Part shown: one piece after another, positions 31,096-44,910 of the stretch | Layout of the letters: each line of letters begins with the position of its first letter | Position numbering within the stretch: position 1 is the stretch's first letter | Source: an uncultured Rikenellaceae bacterium | Lineage (GTDB): Bacteria; Bacteroidota; Bacteroidia; Bacteroidales; VadinHA17 | Assembly: GCA_963818525.1 (NCBI GenBank) | Contig: CAWFSO010000005.1 | Coordinates: 870,272-934,271 of the forward strand | Direction of reading: 5' to 3' | Length of the DNA: 64,000 nt | Program-made: the position numbers and the translations under genes | Notes under the pieces: model-generated | What the model was told of the DNA's origin: nothing | Seen by the model: only the letters and a program-made list of their open reading frames with translations | The model's database searches: none

Positions 31096-32385
31096 CTAGT
31101 TCTTCAAGCATCGGATGTACTTGCCGCCCTTCTTGGAGGTTGAAGCTCTGTAGACACCGGTGGCGGAGCTGTCGAGCCTTCGGTACCAGCCACGATCGGC
31201 ATCGTGTTCAGTAGCAGTCCACCAGTAAGTTATGGTGGTAAGAAGATTAAATTCTCCGGTTGCTCCGAACCGATATCCGCCAGGGAGCGCAGAGAAACCG
31301 CTGGAATTGGTTCCGTTGCCGCCTTCATCCCATCCAGTGGTACTTCTTTCATCTTTGTACCCTGATCAGTTCCGCGCCAGCCCCATACTTCCAGTTGATC
31401 AGCTGCCATGCCGAGGGTCTGTTCCAGAGTCATAAATTCATCATCTGACGGTACATGCCAGCCGCTGGGACATAGCTTCCCTGTATTAACAGCATACCAG
31501 TTATAAAGCGCACCATAGGTAGGTTTGTTTGCGATGTCATTGTTATACCAGCAATAAGCTAGGCTTGAGATTCCAATCCATTCTGCATCATCAGTCACAT
31601 TGGGTATAGAAGTGTTGTCGTTGAGTTTTGTTGTCCTCAGGTTTTCTGCCATCCAGACCTGGGTTGCCGATTTTTACAGTGTTGTATAGGTTTCCCTCTG
31701 TGTCAGATACCCTGGTAAGGAAGGTTTTCGGTTCACCGTAAACAGTCCATTCACTGTTTTTCGCGTAAGCCCTGACATAATAGGTGGTACCGGAGGAGAG
31801 ATTGGTCATTGTGCTCGAGAAACTTGCATCTCCTGCACCTTCCGATTTAAAGAAATCGGTGAGATCGGGTTCAGGTGTTGTGCTCCAGCAGACACCTCTG
31901 TCTGTTATTGCTGCCCCGCCGTCATAGGTTATACTCCCGCTGCATACAGCAGTACTGGATGTAATATTGGAAATTTGCCCGGTGGATACAGCCGGTGGCG
32001 CGGTACTCGTAACAAAAACTATTTCGTTCCCATAGGCGATGCCGACACTGTTTTCGGCGTATGCCCTGGCATGGTACTGCTTGTTGGGTTCGAGTCCTTC
32101 GATTGTACCGGTAAACTTTCCCGGGCCGGTCCCTGAGGGCGCAAAATCGTCTTCTATTGTGGGGTCAGTGGCGATTCCCCAGCAGAATCCACGTGCTGTA
32201 ACTTCAGCGCCTCCATCGTCAGTGATCTCACCGCTTATCTTCGCGGAATTTATTGTAATATCTGTAACAGGTTCAGTTTTCAGAACCGGCAAGGTTGGGT
32301 CTTTAATACAGCTGTTTAAGAACAGTGCACCGGTCAGGAATGACGCAAAAAGCACTATTCCCGGAATTCTTCTTTTATCTGACAT
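31096..32385 (-). CDS. Paralogous FISUMP lipoprotein (frameshifted)
   Basis: Lipobox LNSC and the same architecture across ORF pieces 31591-32385 and 31230-31652; tail YWWTATEHDADRGWYRRL...IRCLKN-TAG ends at 31096. Confidence 0.85.
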
Positions 32386-32494
32386 CAGATTTAAGGTTCA
32401 TTTATAAAACTTCTATGTCTAAACGCAAATACCGTGCTAATAATTATTCAGCGCATTGAAAGCATTTAATTACAGTAATGACAGTTTCGCAGGA

Positions 32495-32502
32495 CAAAAT
32501 TA
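32495..32502 (-). promoter_or_regulatory. Bacteroidota -7 box
   Basis: TAATTTTG on the minus strand, about 110 nt upstream of the FISUMP start. Confidence 0.4.
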
Positions 32503-32623
32503 GAATAGATTTCCGGGAAGGGGGAAAGATTTTGACTAATCCTGCAAAATGTAGGTTGAACAAAGGGAATTAAGTTTCAGTAGAAAAATTGTTGCCGGGG
32601 AAAGGTCTTCCCGTGGGATCCTG

Positions 32624-34784
32624 TCAGTTTTTGATGAACTGTTTCGATGTAAGGATTCCGTGGCGATTGGTGATTATGATGATATAGTTGCCTGAAAACG
32701 AGGTTGAAATGTCAATCTGTTTCGATGTCTCCCCACTGGCAATGGCCTCATTGTATACTGTTCTTCCGGAGAGACTTACGATTTTGACTGCAGCAATATC
32801 CTCGTACTCCGCGAGGGCATTTGTATCGATGGTAAAATGTCCATCGTTGGGATTTGGATAAAGGTTAATCAGGTCAGCATATTGTCTTTTCTGGATCACT
32901 GATATACTTACAGGAGCTGAAGTTGCTGTTGCATAAAGATTATCTGAGACTACTGCAGTGATTTCGTGTGTGCCTGCCGTATCGCATTTAAATGAAACAG
33001 AGTAGGGAGGAGTGAGGCTCTCGCCTATTTTCTCATGGGCGATATAGTATTCTACCTTTAAAACAGAGCCGTCAGAATCAGATGCATTGGCTGTAAGGGT
33101 AATAATAGCCGGCGCCTCGAAGGAGCCATTATTCATGGGAGTTGCGATAGCCACTGAAGGTATCTGGTTAATGGCAGGGGCTGCTTTTTCCACAACAACG
33201 GTTACGGCGCCTGAGACGGTCCGGGAATTTGAATTGTCAGTTGCTGCAGCCGTCAGGGAATATGTCCCTTCCTGCACTTCCTTCCATGTGAATGACCAGG
33301 GTGCAGCGGTTCTCTCTCCAAGCTTTACTGATCCGTTATAGAATTCCACCTTGCTGACAGTTCCGTCAGGATCAGAAGCGACAGCATCAATGGTTACGGT
33401 AGCGGGTGATATGAATGCCGTGCTCTTGGTTGGGGAGGAGATGCTTACGGCCGGGGGTTGATTCACGGGTGCACTGCGATTATTCGTAACTGTCTGGGCC
33501 GTAAGGGACGCAGCCTGTCCGCCTTCAGTTGTCTGCAATGGATTGGTGGAAGGTTTTGTGTATGCAACGGTTATTGCATCACCAAAGGCCACAGAGCTTG
33601 CAAGGGTAAGCAGGACTTTTGTGCCGGAGATTGCTACTGTACTGACGTTACGGGTTACATTATTAACCTTTACAGTAAAGGCAGAAGCAGCAGGAACGAT
33701 GTTGGCAAGGGTCAGGTTATAGGTCATTTCGAGCCTTGCCGGGGCAGACTCGTTAATTGCAGAGCCCGTGTAGACCGGAACGGGCGCAGGAGCAGGTGTT
33801 GTTACAACTTCCTTATAGATTATGGCTCCCACCTGCCATTTACCGTTCTGTTGGGCTGTCTCAGGATCTGTCGTGCCCCATCTGGCATTAACCGAGAGCC
33901 CTTTCGCCCATTCTGAACCCAGATCGGTTCCATAATCCAGCCTTGCGGCGGGGACGAAGTTGATAAAATCCTTGAAATTTGGATTGATAACTTTGGAGTG
34001 AGTGTCATATCCCAGGGCCTGCCACTGCGCAAATGTTTTAACTGATCCGCAATAGTAAAAGAGCGGACTACCTGTCTCGCAATAGAAAATATTGTAGTCT
34101 GATTCCAGCCCGATTGCACTTTCAGCATCGTCAATCTGTATGCAATATGTCTGGTACTTGGTGTAGAAAATGTTATTGTAGATTTTTGTGCCGTGCGATA
34201 CAGAGTGGGGGGTAACATCAATATGAGTATAAATGTAGATTAGCCCTCGCCACGTTTCTGAGGTAGTGCGGTCGGTATACAGAGTGTTGTTATAGACGTT
34301 GACGTTGCTCATACCCTTGATGTTTATTCCGACAGCGCCGCTTTTCACAATGTTGTATGCCACTCCTCCTGCCGTGTTGACCATGTTATTGGCAGATTTG
34401 CGAATGATGCCCATGGGAACATGATCGAGGTAGTTATATTTGATAAGAGCGTTGATATTCTGACCTGTGAATAATCCATGGGTTATGGACTTCATGTCGG
34501 TACCGTTCCAGGTAAATTTGTTCCCGGTTATTATTTCACCGTCAAGATTATTGTTTGTTCTGGCAACATCTTCATCACCGGCTTGCAGCATATACCCGGA
34601 GGTATTGACCGATGTTATTGAGTTATTCCTGAAAGTGAAAAGGGTTGGTACTGAACGCGCTATGTTTACTCCCATCCAGGTTGCATCTGAATTTGTATAG
34701 GTCTTGCCTTCGATGGTGAGTACTGTCTGAGCGCAGACAGAGTTTGCGAACGCCAGAATTAAGACACAAAAGAGTATATCTCAT
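32624..34784 (-). CDS. T9SS-secreted protein: beta-helix + SwmB-like repeat + two Ig-like domains + type A C-terminal sorting domain; frameshift in the signal peptide
   Basis: From ATG 34784, MRYTLLCL joins (with a frame change) ILAFANSVCAQTVLTIEG. Beta-helix-like NVNVYNNTLY and KIYNNIF; SwmB-like LEMTYNLTL..SAFTVKVN; Ig ASDPDGTVSKVEFY; CTD LYPNPNDGHFTI..GNYII..KQFIKN. Confidence 0.85.
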
Positions 34785-34817
34785 AAGCCCGTTTCCATTG
34801 ACGAATATGTTATTTTC

Positions 34818-34863
34818 TTTGACTAACACCTCTTTTTATACGACGAACGGTCAAAATTGTTGC
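34818..34863 (-). promoter_or_regulatory. Putative ECF-sigma-type promoter (GCAAC-N13-CGTC) plus leader GTGTTAGTCAAA, copy 2
   Basis: GCAACAAT-N8-TTCGTCGT-N10-GTGTTAGTCAAA; matches 1897-1942 with identical spacing. Confidence 0.55.
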
Positions 34864-34876
34864 ATAAAAGAGGGGG

Positions 34877-34884
34877 CAAATATA
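34877..34884 (-). promoter_or_regulatory. Bacteroidota -7 box
   Basis: TATATTTG on the minus strand upstream of the T9SS gene. Confidence 0.45.
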
Positions 34885-35381
34885 TTGAAAAAACTTCCTT
34901 GATTCAGACCTTACAATAAGTTGATGCAACTATTTGTCAAATTTCACGGACCTCTTCGTCAAAAGAATTATGGTTTTGATCAAACGCCGTTCCATATAGG
35001 TAAGATGATCAACAAGTATGATGAGTCATTGAGAATAAGGGATAAACAGCGGCGGAAGGAACATATTTTCTGCCATCCGGACATACTCCGGCTTGCATAC
35101 TCCCGTTTCTTTTGTGTATTTTCACATTTGAAAAGTTTTGTGCATTGCCTTGTCCGACCAGGCATCTTTAAGTAAATAATTGGCTGAGAGTTAAAGCTGC
35201 AACAAGGTTGCAAATCGCTCAATCATAGACTTTTACAAAAGAATGCGACTGGGACTGACGGGGCGGAAGCACGCCCGGACGTCAAGCGAGGGGTCTTTAA
35301 ATAAATAGCTAAAGTAGAGATTAAACTACTTGTACTAAAGTAAAGCAGATGGCTGCAGTTTACCCGGCATGGATACTTAAT

Positions 35382-37020
35382 ATGAGGAAGAAAGTCCTCG
35401 AATTCTTCAACAGGCATTCTTTGCCCCGTTGGATGGTGTTCGCAGTGGATTCCGGCACCGTATTCATGGCTTTTTTAATAGCCTATCTGCTGCGGTTTAA
35501 CTTTATTTTGCCCGGAGACAAAGAGCACATTTTTATCTACCAGGCTTTGATTGCCACGGCTGTTTATACCGGATTCAGCCTGGTATTCCGGTCTTATTCC
35601 GGTCTTCTCCGCCACACAACGCTTACCGATGTCACACTGGTATTTGTGGTAACCACCTGCTCTTCTATTAGTTTGGTTTTTCTTTCCTTTCTCGGTCAAT
35701 GGCTTCACTGGGCTGACATTCTGGCTATTCCGCAATCGATCCTCCTGATACATTATGTGGCCGTTTCCTTAATCCTGTTTTTTGGAAGGATCTTAATCAA
35801 ACTGATATTTTTATTTGCGACCGGCAGTTCGCTCAATAAAAAAAGAGTAATGATTTATGGCGCAGGTGAGCTCGGTTTCGTTGTAAAAAGAGTTGTTCTG
35901 AGTGATCCGCGTTATGGCTTCCATGTTTCAGGATTCATTGATGACGACAAAACCCTTCAGGGTAAAAAGATAAATGGTATAAGCGTTTACGGTCCTTCGG
36001 CTCTTTCCGCAGAATTTATTGAAAGGAACAAGATTGAAAGTCTGATTATTGCTATTAAGGCCTTGAGTGTTGATAGAAAGAGCAGCATAATTCGTTCCTC
36101 AGTTAATCTCGGACTTGAGGTCCTTGATACTCCGGAGGTTGATAAGTGGATGAGCGGGCAGCTCAGGATGCCGCAGTTTAAGAGAGTTGACCTGGAGGAT
36201 CTCCTGGGACGGGACCCCATTAAATTGAATATCAATCTTATCAAGAAGGGTCTGGCAAACAAGACTATCATGATTACAGGTGCTGCCGGTTCAATAGGGT
36301 CTGAGATTGCACGACAACTGACCAGCTTCCAGTGCGATAAGGTGATCCTGGTTGATCAGGCTGAGACACCTTTATTTTATGTGCAGAATGAACTCAGGGA
36401 AAAGTTCCTCGATGTAAGGTTCCAGATAGTGCCGGCGGATGTGACCCATGCTGCCAGGATGGATCAGGTCTTCAGGGAATTCCGGCCCGATATCGTGTTT
36501 CATGCAGCTGCTTATAAACATGTCTCCCTGATGGAGGAGAATCCTCATGAAGCTATAAGGGTTAATGTAGGAGGGACCAAAACAGTCACTGACCTTGCGA
36601 TCAAATACGAGGTGGAGAAATTCGTAATGATATCCACGGACAAGTCTGTTAATCCATCAAGTGTGATGGGCGCCTCAAAACGATTATGCGAAAAGGTTGT
36701 ACAGTCGAGGGCTCAGGCCGGAGGGCACAAGACCCAGTTCATTGTCACGCGTTTTGGGAATGTCATGGGTTCCAACGGTTCAGTGATACCTATTTTTGCA
36801 CGGCAGATCGAGAACGGAGGCCCGGTAACGGTGACCCATCCTGAGGTGTACAGGTACTTCATGACGATCCCGGAGGCATGCCAGCTGGTGCTGGAAGCAG
36901 GATTTATGGGAGTTGGAGGCGAGATCTTCGTCTTCGACATGGGACAGCAGGTCAAGATAGCTGACCTGGCAAAGGCAATGATAAAGCTGTCGGGATTCAT
37001 TCCCGACAAGGACATTCATT
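35382..37020 (+). CDS. Membrane-bound nucleotide-sugar 4,6-dehydratase (CapD/PglF/WbpM family), C terminus truncated at the junction
   Basis: 4 TM segments, IYGAG, TGAAGSIG, FHAAAYKHV, ISTDK, VRFGNV-like, RYFMTIPEA, FDMG. It stops at IPDKDI before the expected GLRPGEKL motif. Confidence 0.9.
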
Positions 37021-37030
37021 CAACCAGCAA
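37010..37030. other. Junction between Bacteroidota-like and Betaproteobacteria-like DNA
   Basis: Abrupt change in composition and gene repertoire; the dehydratase gene is broken here; no att site, IS or integrase is visible. Confidence 0.85.
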
Positions 37031-37297
37031 GCTCGCTGACGATTGCTCGCCTGCATTGCCGCCGGACTGCTGAGGTCGGATCGATACGCGTGCAAACAAT
37101 TCGAGTTGCGTGCGAGTGATCCGGTGTTCTTCAGTGAATTCAATCGATGGGCCGTCACGAGATGGACTGTTGATGACAATCCGGATGTTACGGTTGATGT
37201 GGATCGCTTGCAACGATAGGAACAATCATCTTGACTTCCGATTGTGCGAATCACAACAACAAATCGATGAACGGCACATCGAATTCACTTCAACAGA

Positions 37298-40297
<3,000 letters not shown>

Positions 40298-40596
40298 TTG
40301 TCTATCCTCTTGTAGCTGGTCGAAAAAACGTCCCGCAGATCGGGGCGCCGTCGTCAGGCGACTCGAATCGGCTGGCTCGTCGCGCACGTGACCCAGTTCG
40401 GGAACTGAGTGGAAAAACGACTGCTGGCTTGGCGGTCCCGGCGTCCGCCCGGCGTCTCCCAGGATCTGGAATCACCGCCGCGCGAGGATCATCGACGGGC
40501 GGGACTCCGGTTGTTTCGAGGGCTGAAGGTGGGGCAATCCGCACCGTATTTAGAGAAGTTGTTGTCACGGAATTTTTTACACAAAGGATCGCAGGC

Positions 40597-40643
40597 ACAC
40601 TAGATATAGTGTCTGCTGATCGATCTGTGACTAATTCTAGTGA
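40597..40643. promoter_or_regulatory. Tandem NrdR boxes
   Basis: ACACTAGATATAGTGT (40597-40612) fits acaCwAtATaTwGtgt. A weaker copy, TGACTAATTCTAGTGA, starts 31 bp later. Both lie upstream of nrdA. Confidence 0.85.
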
Positions 40644-40755
40644 CGTCTGTCGTCAAATCAACCGCATCAGCGTGGTAGGCGACGCGGTTAACGAGATGTT
40701 TCGGAAGCACCGGCACGCGCCGGTGCATCAGGCTCAACGCACTTTAGTGGTGCGA

Positions 40756-41349
40756 TCAGCAGCCATGGGCCTTGCAGGCCGAGTCGTGCTGAAACCTTGT
40801 GCAGGCGTGACCAGTCGAAGCAGGGACCCGGATCGACCTTGCGACCCGGCGCGACGTCGCAATGGCCCGCGACCTAGCGCGATCGGATAGCGTTGCGCAC
40901 AGCAGGGTCAGTACGCGCGCGAGCCGTCGGTATTGCGCCTCGCGTGAACGCGACGCCTGCCGTCGCCCTCGAGTTCGATGCCGATCGAGAAGTCGTTGCA
41001 GCGTTCGCCGGCCGAGGAACGTCGACGACGCCGGCATGCCAGGCGCGCTGATCGCAGATCGACGAACTGCACCAGTCTCGCCATGGCGCCGGATCAGGAA
41101 ATGGCGACGACACCGCGCAGGCCCGCAACGACGCGAAGGCCGGATGGCTGTCGCAATCGAGCGTGTTGGTGAACAGTCGTTCGATCGCGTCGCCGCAGAA
41201 ATCGGCCGGGCGGCAGGCTGATGTGGTGGATGACCAGCAGGTCGACCGTGCTGCCGCGGGGCGCGCGTCGTGATTGGGCGAGGGCAACCATCGCGCGCCG
41301 GGCAGCCAGCCCGCCGGTCGGGCCAGCGGCGGCAAGCGTGCTCAGTCAC
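40756..41349 (-). CDS. ampD: 1,6-anhydro-N-acetylmuramyl-L-alanine amidase (frameshifted)
   Basis: PSPNHDARP, LLVIHHISLPP, HFLIRR, RAWHAG and DFSIGIELEG recovered across frames. Confidence 0.88.
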   Translation of the reverse strand: MTEHACRRWPDRRAGCPARDGCPRPITTRAPRQHGRPAGHPPHQPAARPISAATRSNDCSPTRSIATAIRPSRRCGPARCRRHFLIRRHGETGAVRRSAISAPGMPASSTFLGRRTLQRLLDRHRTRGRRQASRSREAQYRRLARVLTLLCATLSDRARSRAIATSRRVARSIRVPASTGHACTRFQHDSACKAHGC

Positions 41350-41360
41350 GCCCGGGCCCG

Positions 41361-42899
41361 TCAGTTGATGTCGAGACGCTGCATCCGGTAGCGCAGCGCG
41401 CGGAAGGTGATGCCCAGCAGCTTCGCCGCGGCGGTGCGGTTGTAGCGGGTCTTCTCGAGCGCGCGCTCGATCGCCTCGCGCTCGACCTGGTCGAGATAGT
41501 CGGGCAGCGATTCCGGAATGCCGTCGTCGGCAGACTGAACGCACGGTGCGATTGAACTGCGGGTCGACCGGCGCGAGCCCGACCGGTTCCTCGGTCACGG
41601 CAGGTGTGCGTCCCACCAGCACCGGCGGATGCTCGACGGCGGATTCTGCCGCTCGTCGCGTTCGTATTGCGCGGCATCCGCGCCTCGGGCGCAGGCCGAG
41701 GTCTTCGACGTTGATCACCTCGCCGTTGGAGAACGCCAGGGCGCGTTCGAGGATGTTCTCGAGTTCGCGCACATTGCCCGGGAAACGCGTAGCTCTGCAG
41801 GTAGCGCGACGCGTGACCGAGGCCAGTCGCGGCGGCGTGCGCGAGCCCCGCGCGCGCCGCCAGCCGCGCGAGGATCGCATCGGCCAGCACCGGGATGTCG
41901 TCGCGCCGCTCGCGCAGCGGCGGCAGCTGCAGCTCGATGACGTTGAGCCGGTAGAAGAGGTCCTGGCGGAAGCGGCCGCGCCGCACGCACTGCGCCAGGT
42001 CCTGGTGCGTCGCGCTGATGATGCGCACGTCGACCGGCTCTTCGATCGTCGCGCCGACCTTGCGGGCACGCTTTTCCTGGATCGCGCGCAGCAGCTTGAC
42101 CTGCATCGCCAGCGGCAGGTCGGCGACCTCGTCGAGGAACAGCGTGCCGCCGTTGGCGGCCTGGAAGAAGCCGTCGCGCTCCTGGTCGGCACCGGTGAAG
42201 GCCCCCTTGCGGTGACCGAAGAACTCGGACTCCATCAGGTTCTCGGGAATGGCGCCGCAGTTGACCGCGACGAACGGGCCTGGCCGCGCGCGGCCCGATT
42301 CGTGGACCAGGCGCGCCGCGAGCTCCTTGCCGGAGCCGGATTCGCCGGTGATCGCCACCGGCGCCATGCTGCGCGCCAGCCGCAGGATCTGCGCGCGCAC
42401 GTCACGCATCGCCTCGGATTCGCCGAGCAGCGGCGCGCACGCGGCTCGACCGGCGCCGCGGCCTGGCCGGCACGCTGCGGCATCGCCGCGGCAGATTGCA
42501 CCGCCGAGCGCACCAGGTTGCGCAGCGCGTCGAGCGCGACGCGGCTTGGCCAGGTAGTCGAAGGCGCCCGCCTTCAGCGCGGCCACCGCATTCTCGGCGC
42601 TGCCGTAGGCGGTGATCACGGCCACCGGCGTGTTGGGATAGTCGGCGGCGATCAGTGTCGACCAGTTCGAGACCGTCGCCGTCGGGCAGCCGCATGTCGG
42701 TCAGGCAGAGCGCGTAGGCGTTGCGGCCCAGGCAGCGCACGGGCGTCGGCGAGATCGGCCGCGCAGTCGACGTCCAGCCCCATGCCCACCAGCGTGAGTT
42801 CGAGCAGTTCGCGGAGATCGGCCTCGTCGTCGACGACGAGGACCCGCGGAATGGTCCCGGCCCGGGACGCGTCCGACCCGACGGTTCACCCTGGCTCAT
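41361..42899 (-). CDS. pilR: Sigma-54-dependent response regulator (frameshifted)
   Basis: [52 protein letters not shown]-terminal LRYRMQRL. Confidence 0.85.
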
Positions 42900-44600
42900 G
42901 AGTTGAGTACCTGCTTCATTGCGCCCTTGGCTGCGTCGGAACGACGCGGATCGATCATGAATGCGCCGCTGTAGCGATCGCTGTTTCGAATACTCTGATA
43001 ACGGATACCGGCCCCATTGAGTGCGCTGAGCTCGCGCGCCAGATACAGCCCCAGCCCGGTACCCCGGGACTCGGTGGTGAAGAACGGCTCGAAGGCGTGG
43101 CCACGGCGTGCCGGGCCCAGCCCCGGACCATCGTCGGCGACGCTGAATTCTAGGCGACCGTCTGTCCAGCTACGCCACGCGATCCGCACCGCCCGGGCTC
43201 GTCGGAGGCATACCGCAGCGCATTGCTCAGCAGGTTCACCAGCACCTGGCGCAGCTGGTTCGAGTCGAAGCAGGATCGGCGCGTCGGTCTCGAGCGACAT
43301 GGCGATACGGTGGCGCTGCGCTCCCGACTGGACCACGAACTCGGGCAGGAACCGACTCAGGAACCGCGCCACGTCGATCGGCTCGTGCGCCGGGACGCCG
43401 CGCGCGCGATATCGACAGCACGTCTTCGACGACCCGGTCGATGCGCACCGTAGTTGGCCTCGACGATCGCCGCGACAGACGCTGCAAGCGGATCCGATCG
43501 AGCTGCTCGGCCAGCAGGCCGTTGGCATGACGGATCGCGGCCAGCGGATTGCGGATCTCGTGCGCGATCGATGCCGACAGGCGGCCCATCGACGCGAGCT
43601 TGAGCTGTTGCGCCCGCTCTTCGAGTTCGCGGAGGTTCTCGACCAGGATCACGAGTCCGCGCCACGCCGTCCGGCGCAGCAGACCGCACCCGGACCCGGG
43701 CCGCCTCGTGGGCCGACCCGGCGTGATCGGGACTCCAACTCGGCCTCGTCGGGTCGCCAACGTGTCGACACTGCCGCCAGTGCTGGTAGCGGTCGACACA
43801 GCACGGTCCAGCGCCGTACTGCGCAACGCTGCGAGCCGGCTGTGCCGCCCGGACCGTCGGTCCAGGCCCGGGTCGCCGAGCCCGAGCGATCTGCGCGAGC
43901 CGCCCGGTTCATCGTCCGCACGCGGCCATCGGGCGTCGACCACGACGCACCCCCTGCGGGCGCTCGGCGATCACCAGCTGCGTGACCGCGAGCTGGTTGC
44001 AGGTCCTCGCCGCGCGCCATGACGAGTGCCTCCTGTGCGGCCAGTCGGGTGGCCAGCCAGTTGACCGCCAGGCGGTCAGGAAACAGGCCGCGCCGATCAC
44101 GCCGGCCTGGGCGAACTGCGCCGTGTCGAGGCCGCGGCCGTCTGTCAGGCCCGAGCCGGACTCCGCCAGCAGCAGCAACGTGGCCATCGCAGCGAAGAAC
44201 GCTGCATATGCGCGTGAGGACAGGACGGCCGCGCCGGCCACTGACGCGATCATCAGCACGCCGAGGCCGCTCCGCACGCCGCCCGCGGCGTGCACGAGGA
44301 GCGACCAGCGCGACCAGGTCGGTGATCACATGGACGCAGCAACTGCCATGGAGACGCGGTCGCGAACAGTGCGAATGAACGAGCAGGTAGACGACGGCGA
44401 TCAGCACGTAGGCGAGCGCCGACCCGCCGGAAGAGCTCGGCTCGTCGACGCACGTCGCCAGCAGCGCTGCGCGCCGATGGCCGACACGGCGAGCGACGAG
44501 CATCAGCAGCGCGAGCACCAGGCGGGTCGCCGCGAGACGAGCCCAGCGACGTCCAGAAGGATTCGGGGTCGACGTCGAGCGGCCCGTCGCGGGCGATCGC
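42896..44600 (-). CDS. pilS: Sensor histidine kinase (frameshifted; start approximate)
   Basis: [41 protein letters not shown] and N-terminal TM helices; its stop overlaps the pilR ATG. Confidence 0.8.
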
Positions 44601-44629
44601 ACCAGGCGGAACAGCAGAAGGTCGGCCGT

Positions 44630-44862
44630 CCGAGCTCGACGATGCTCTCGAGGCAGTAGATGCGACCGCCGTGCGCGAACCGCTCGGAGCTCGGTACGTA
44701 GACGCCGCAGTCGCCGCGCAACGCGATGATCAGCTCGCGCTGCGCCTCGGTGCGGCCGCGGCCGGCCGCCTCGGTCTCCTGCGCTTGCGCCGTGAGTGAC
44801 GGCGTGCGACTCGCGCCAGACGATGGCGAACACGGGCGATCCAGACCACGAGCATTGCCCAT
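44630..44862 (-). CDS. PP0621-family small protein (frameshifted)
   Basis: Hydrophobic N terminus, CGVYVPSSE..GGRIYC..EH; sits between ypjD and pilS. Confidence 0.6.
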
Positions 44863-44910
44863 CAGGTCAGGAACCGCTCTGAGCGCCATCGGGATCGCGA
44901 CGCGGTCGGC

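Noticed and set aside
29717..31300. Diversity-generating retroelement TR/VR pair in the similar FISUMP 3' ends
   Set aside because: Both copies are coding, the differences include many non-adenine synonymous changes, and no reverse transcriptase is present in the window.
34921..35417. Short ORFs between the T9SS gene and capD
   Set aside because: No recognisable motifs; they overlap predicted promoter and leader elements in a divergent intergenic region.
1..37020. Genomic island inserted into a betaproteobacterial chromosome
   Set aside because: No mobility genes or att sites, the break falls inside a gene, and native Bacteroidota promoters and T9SS cargo are present; a chimera is more parsimonious.
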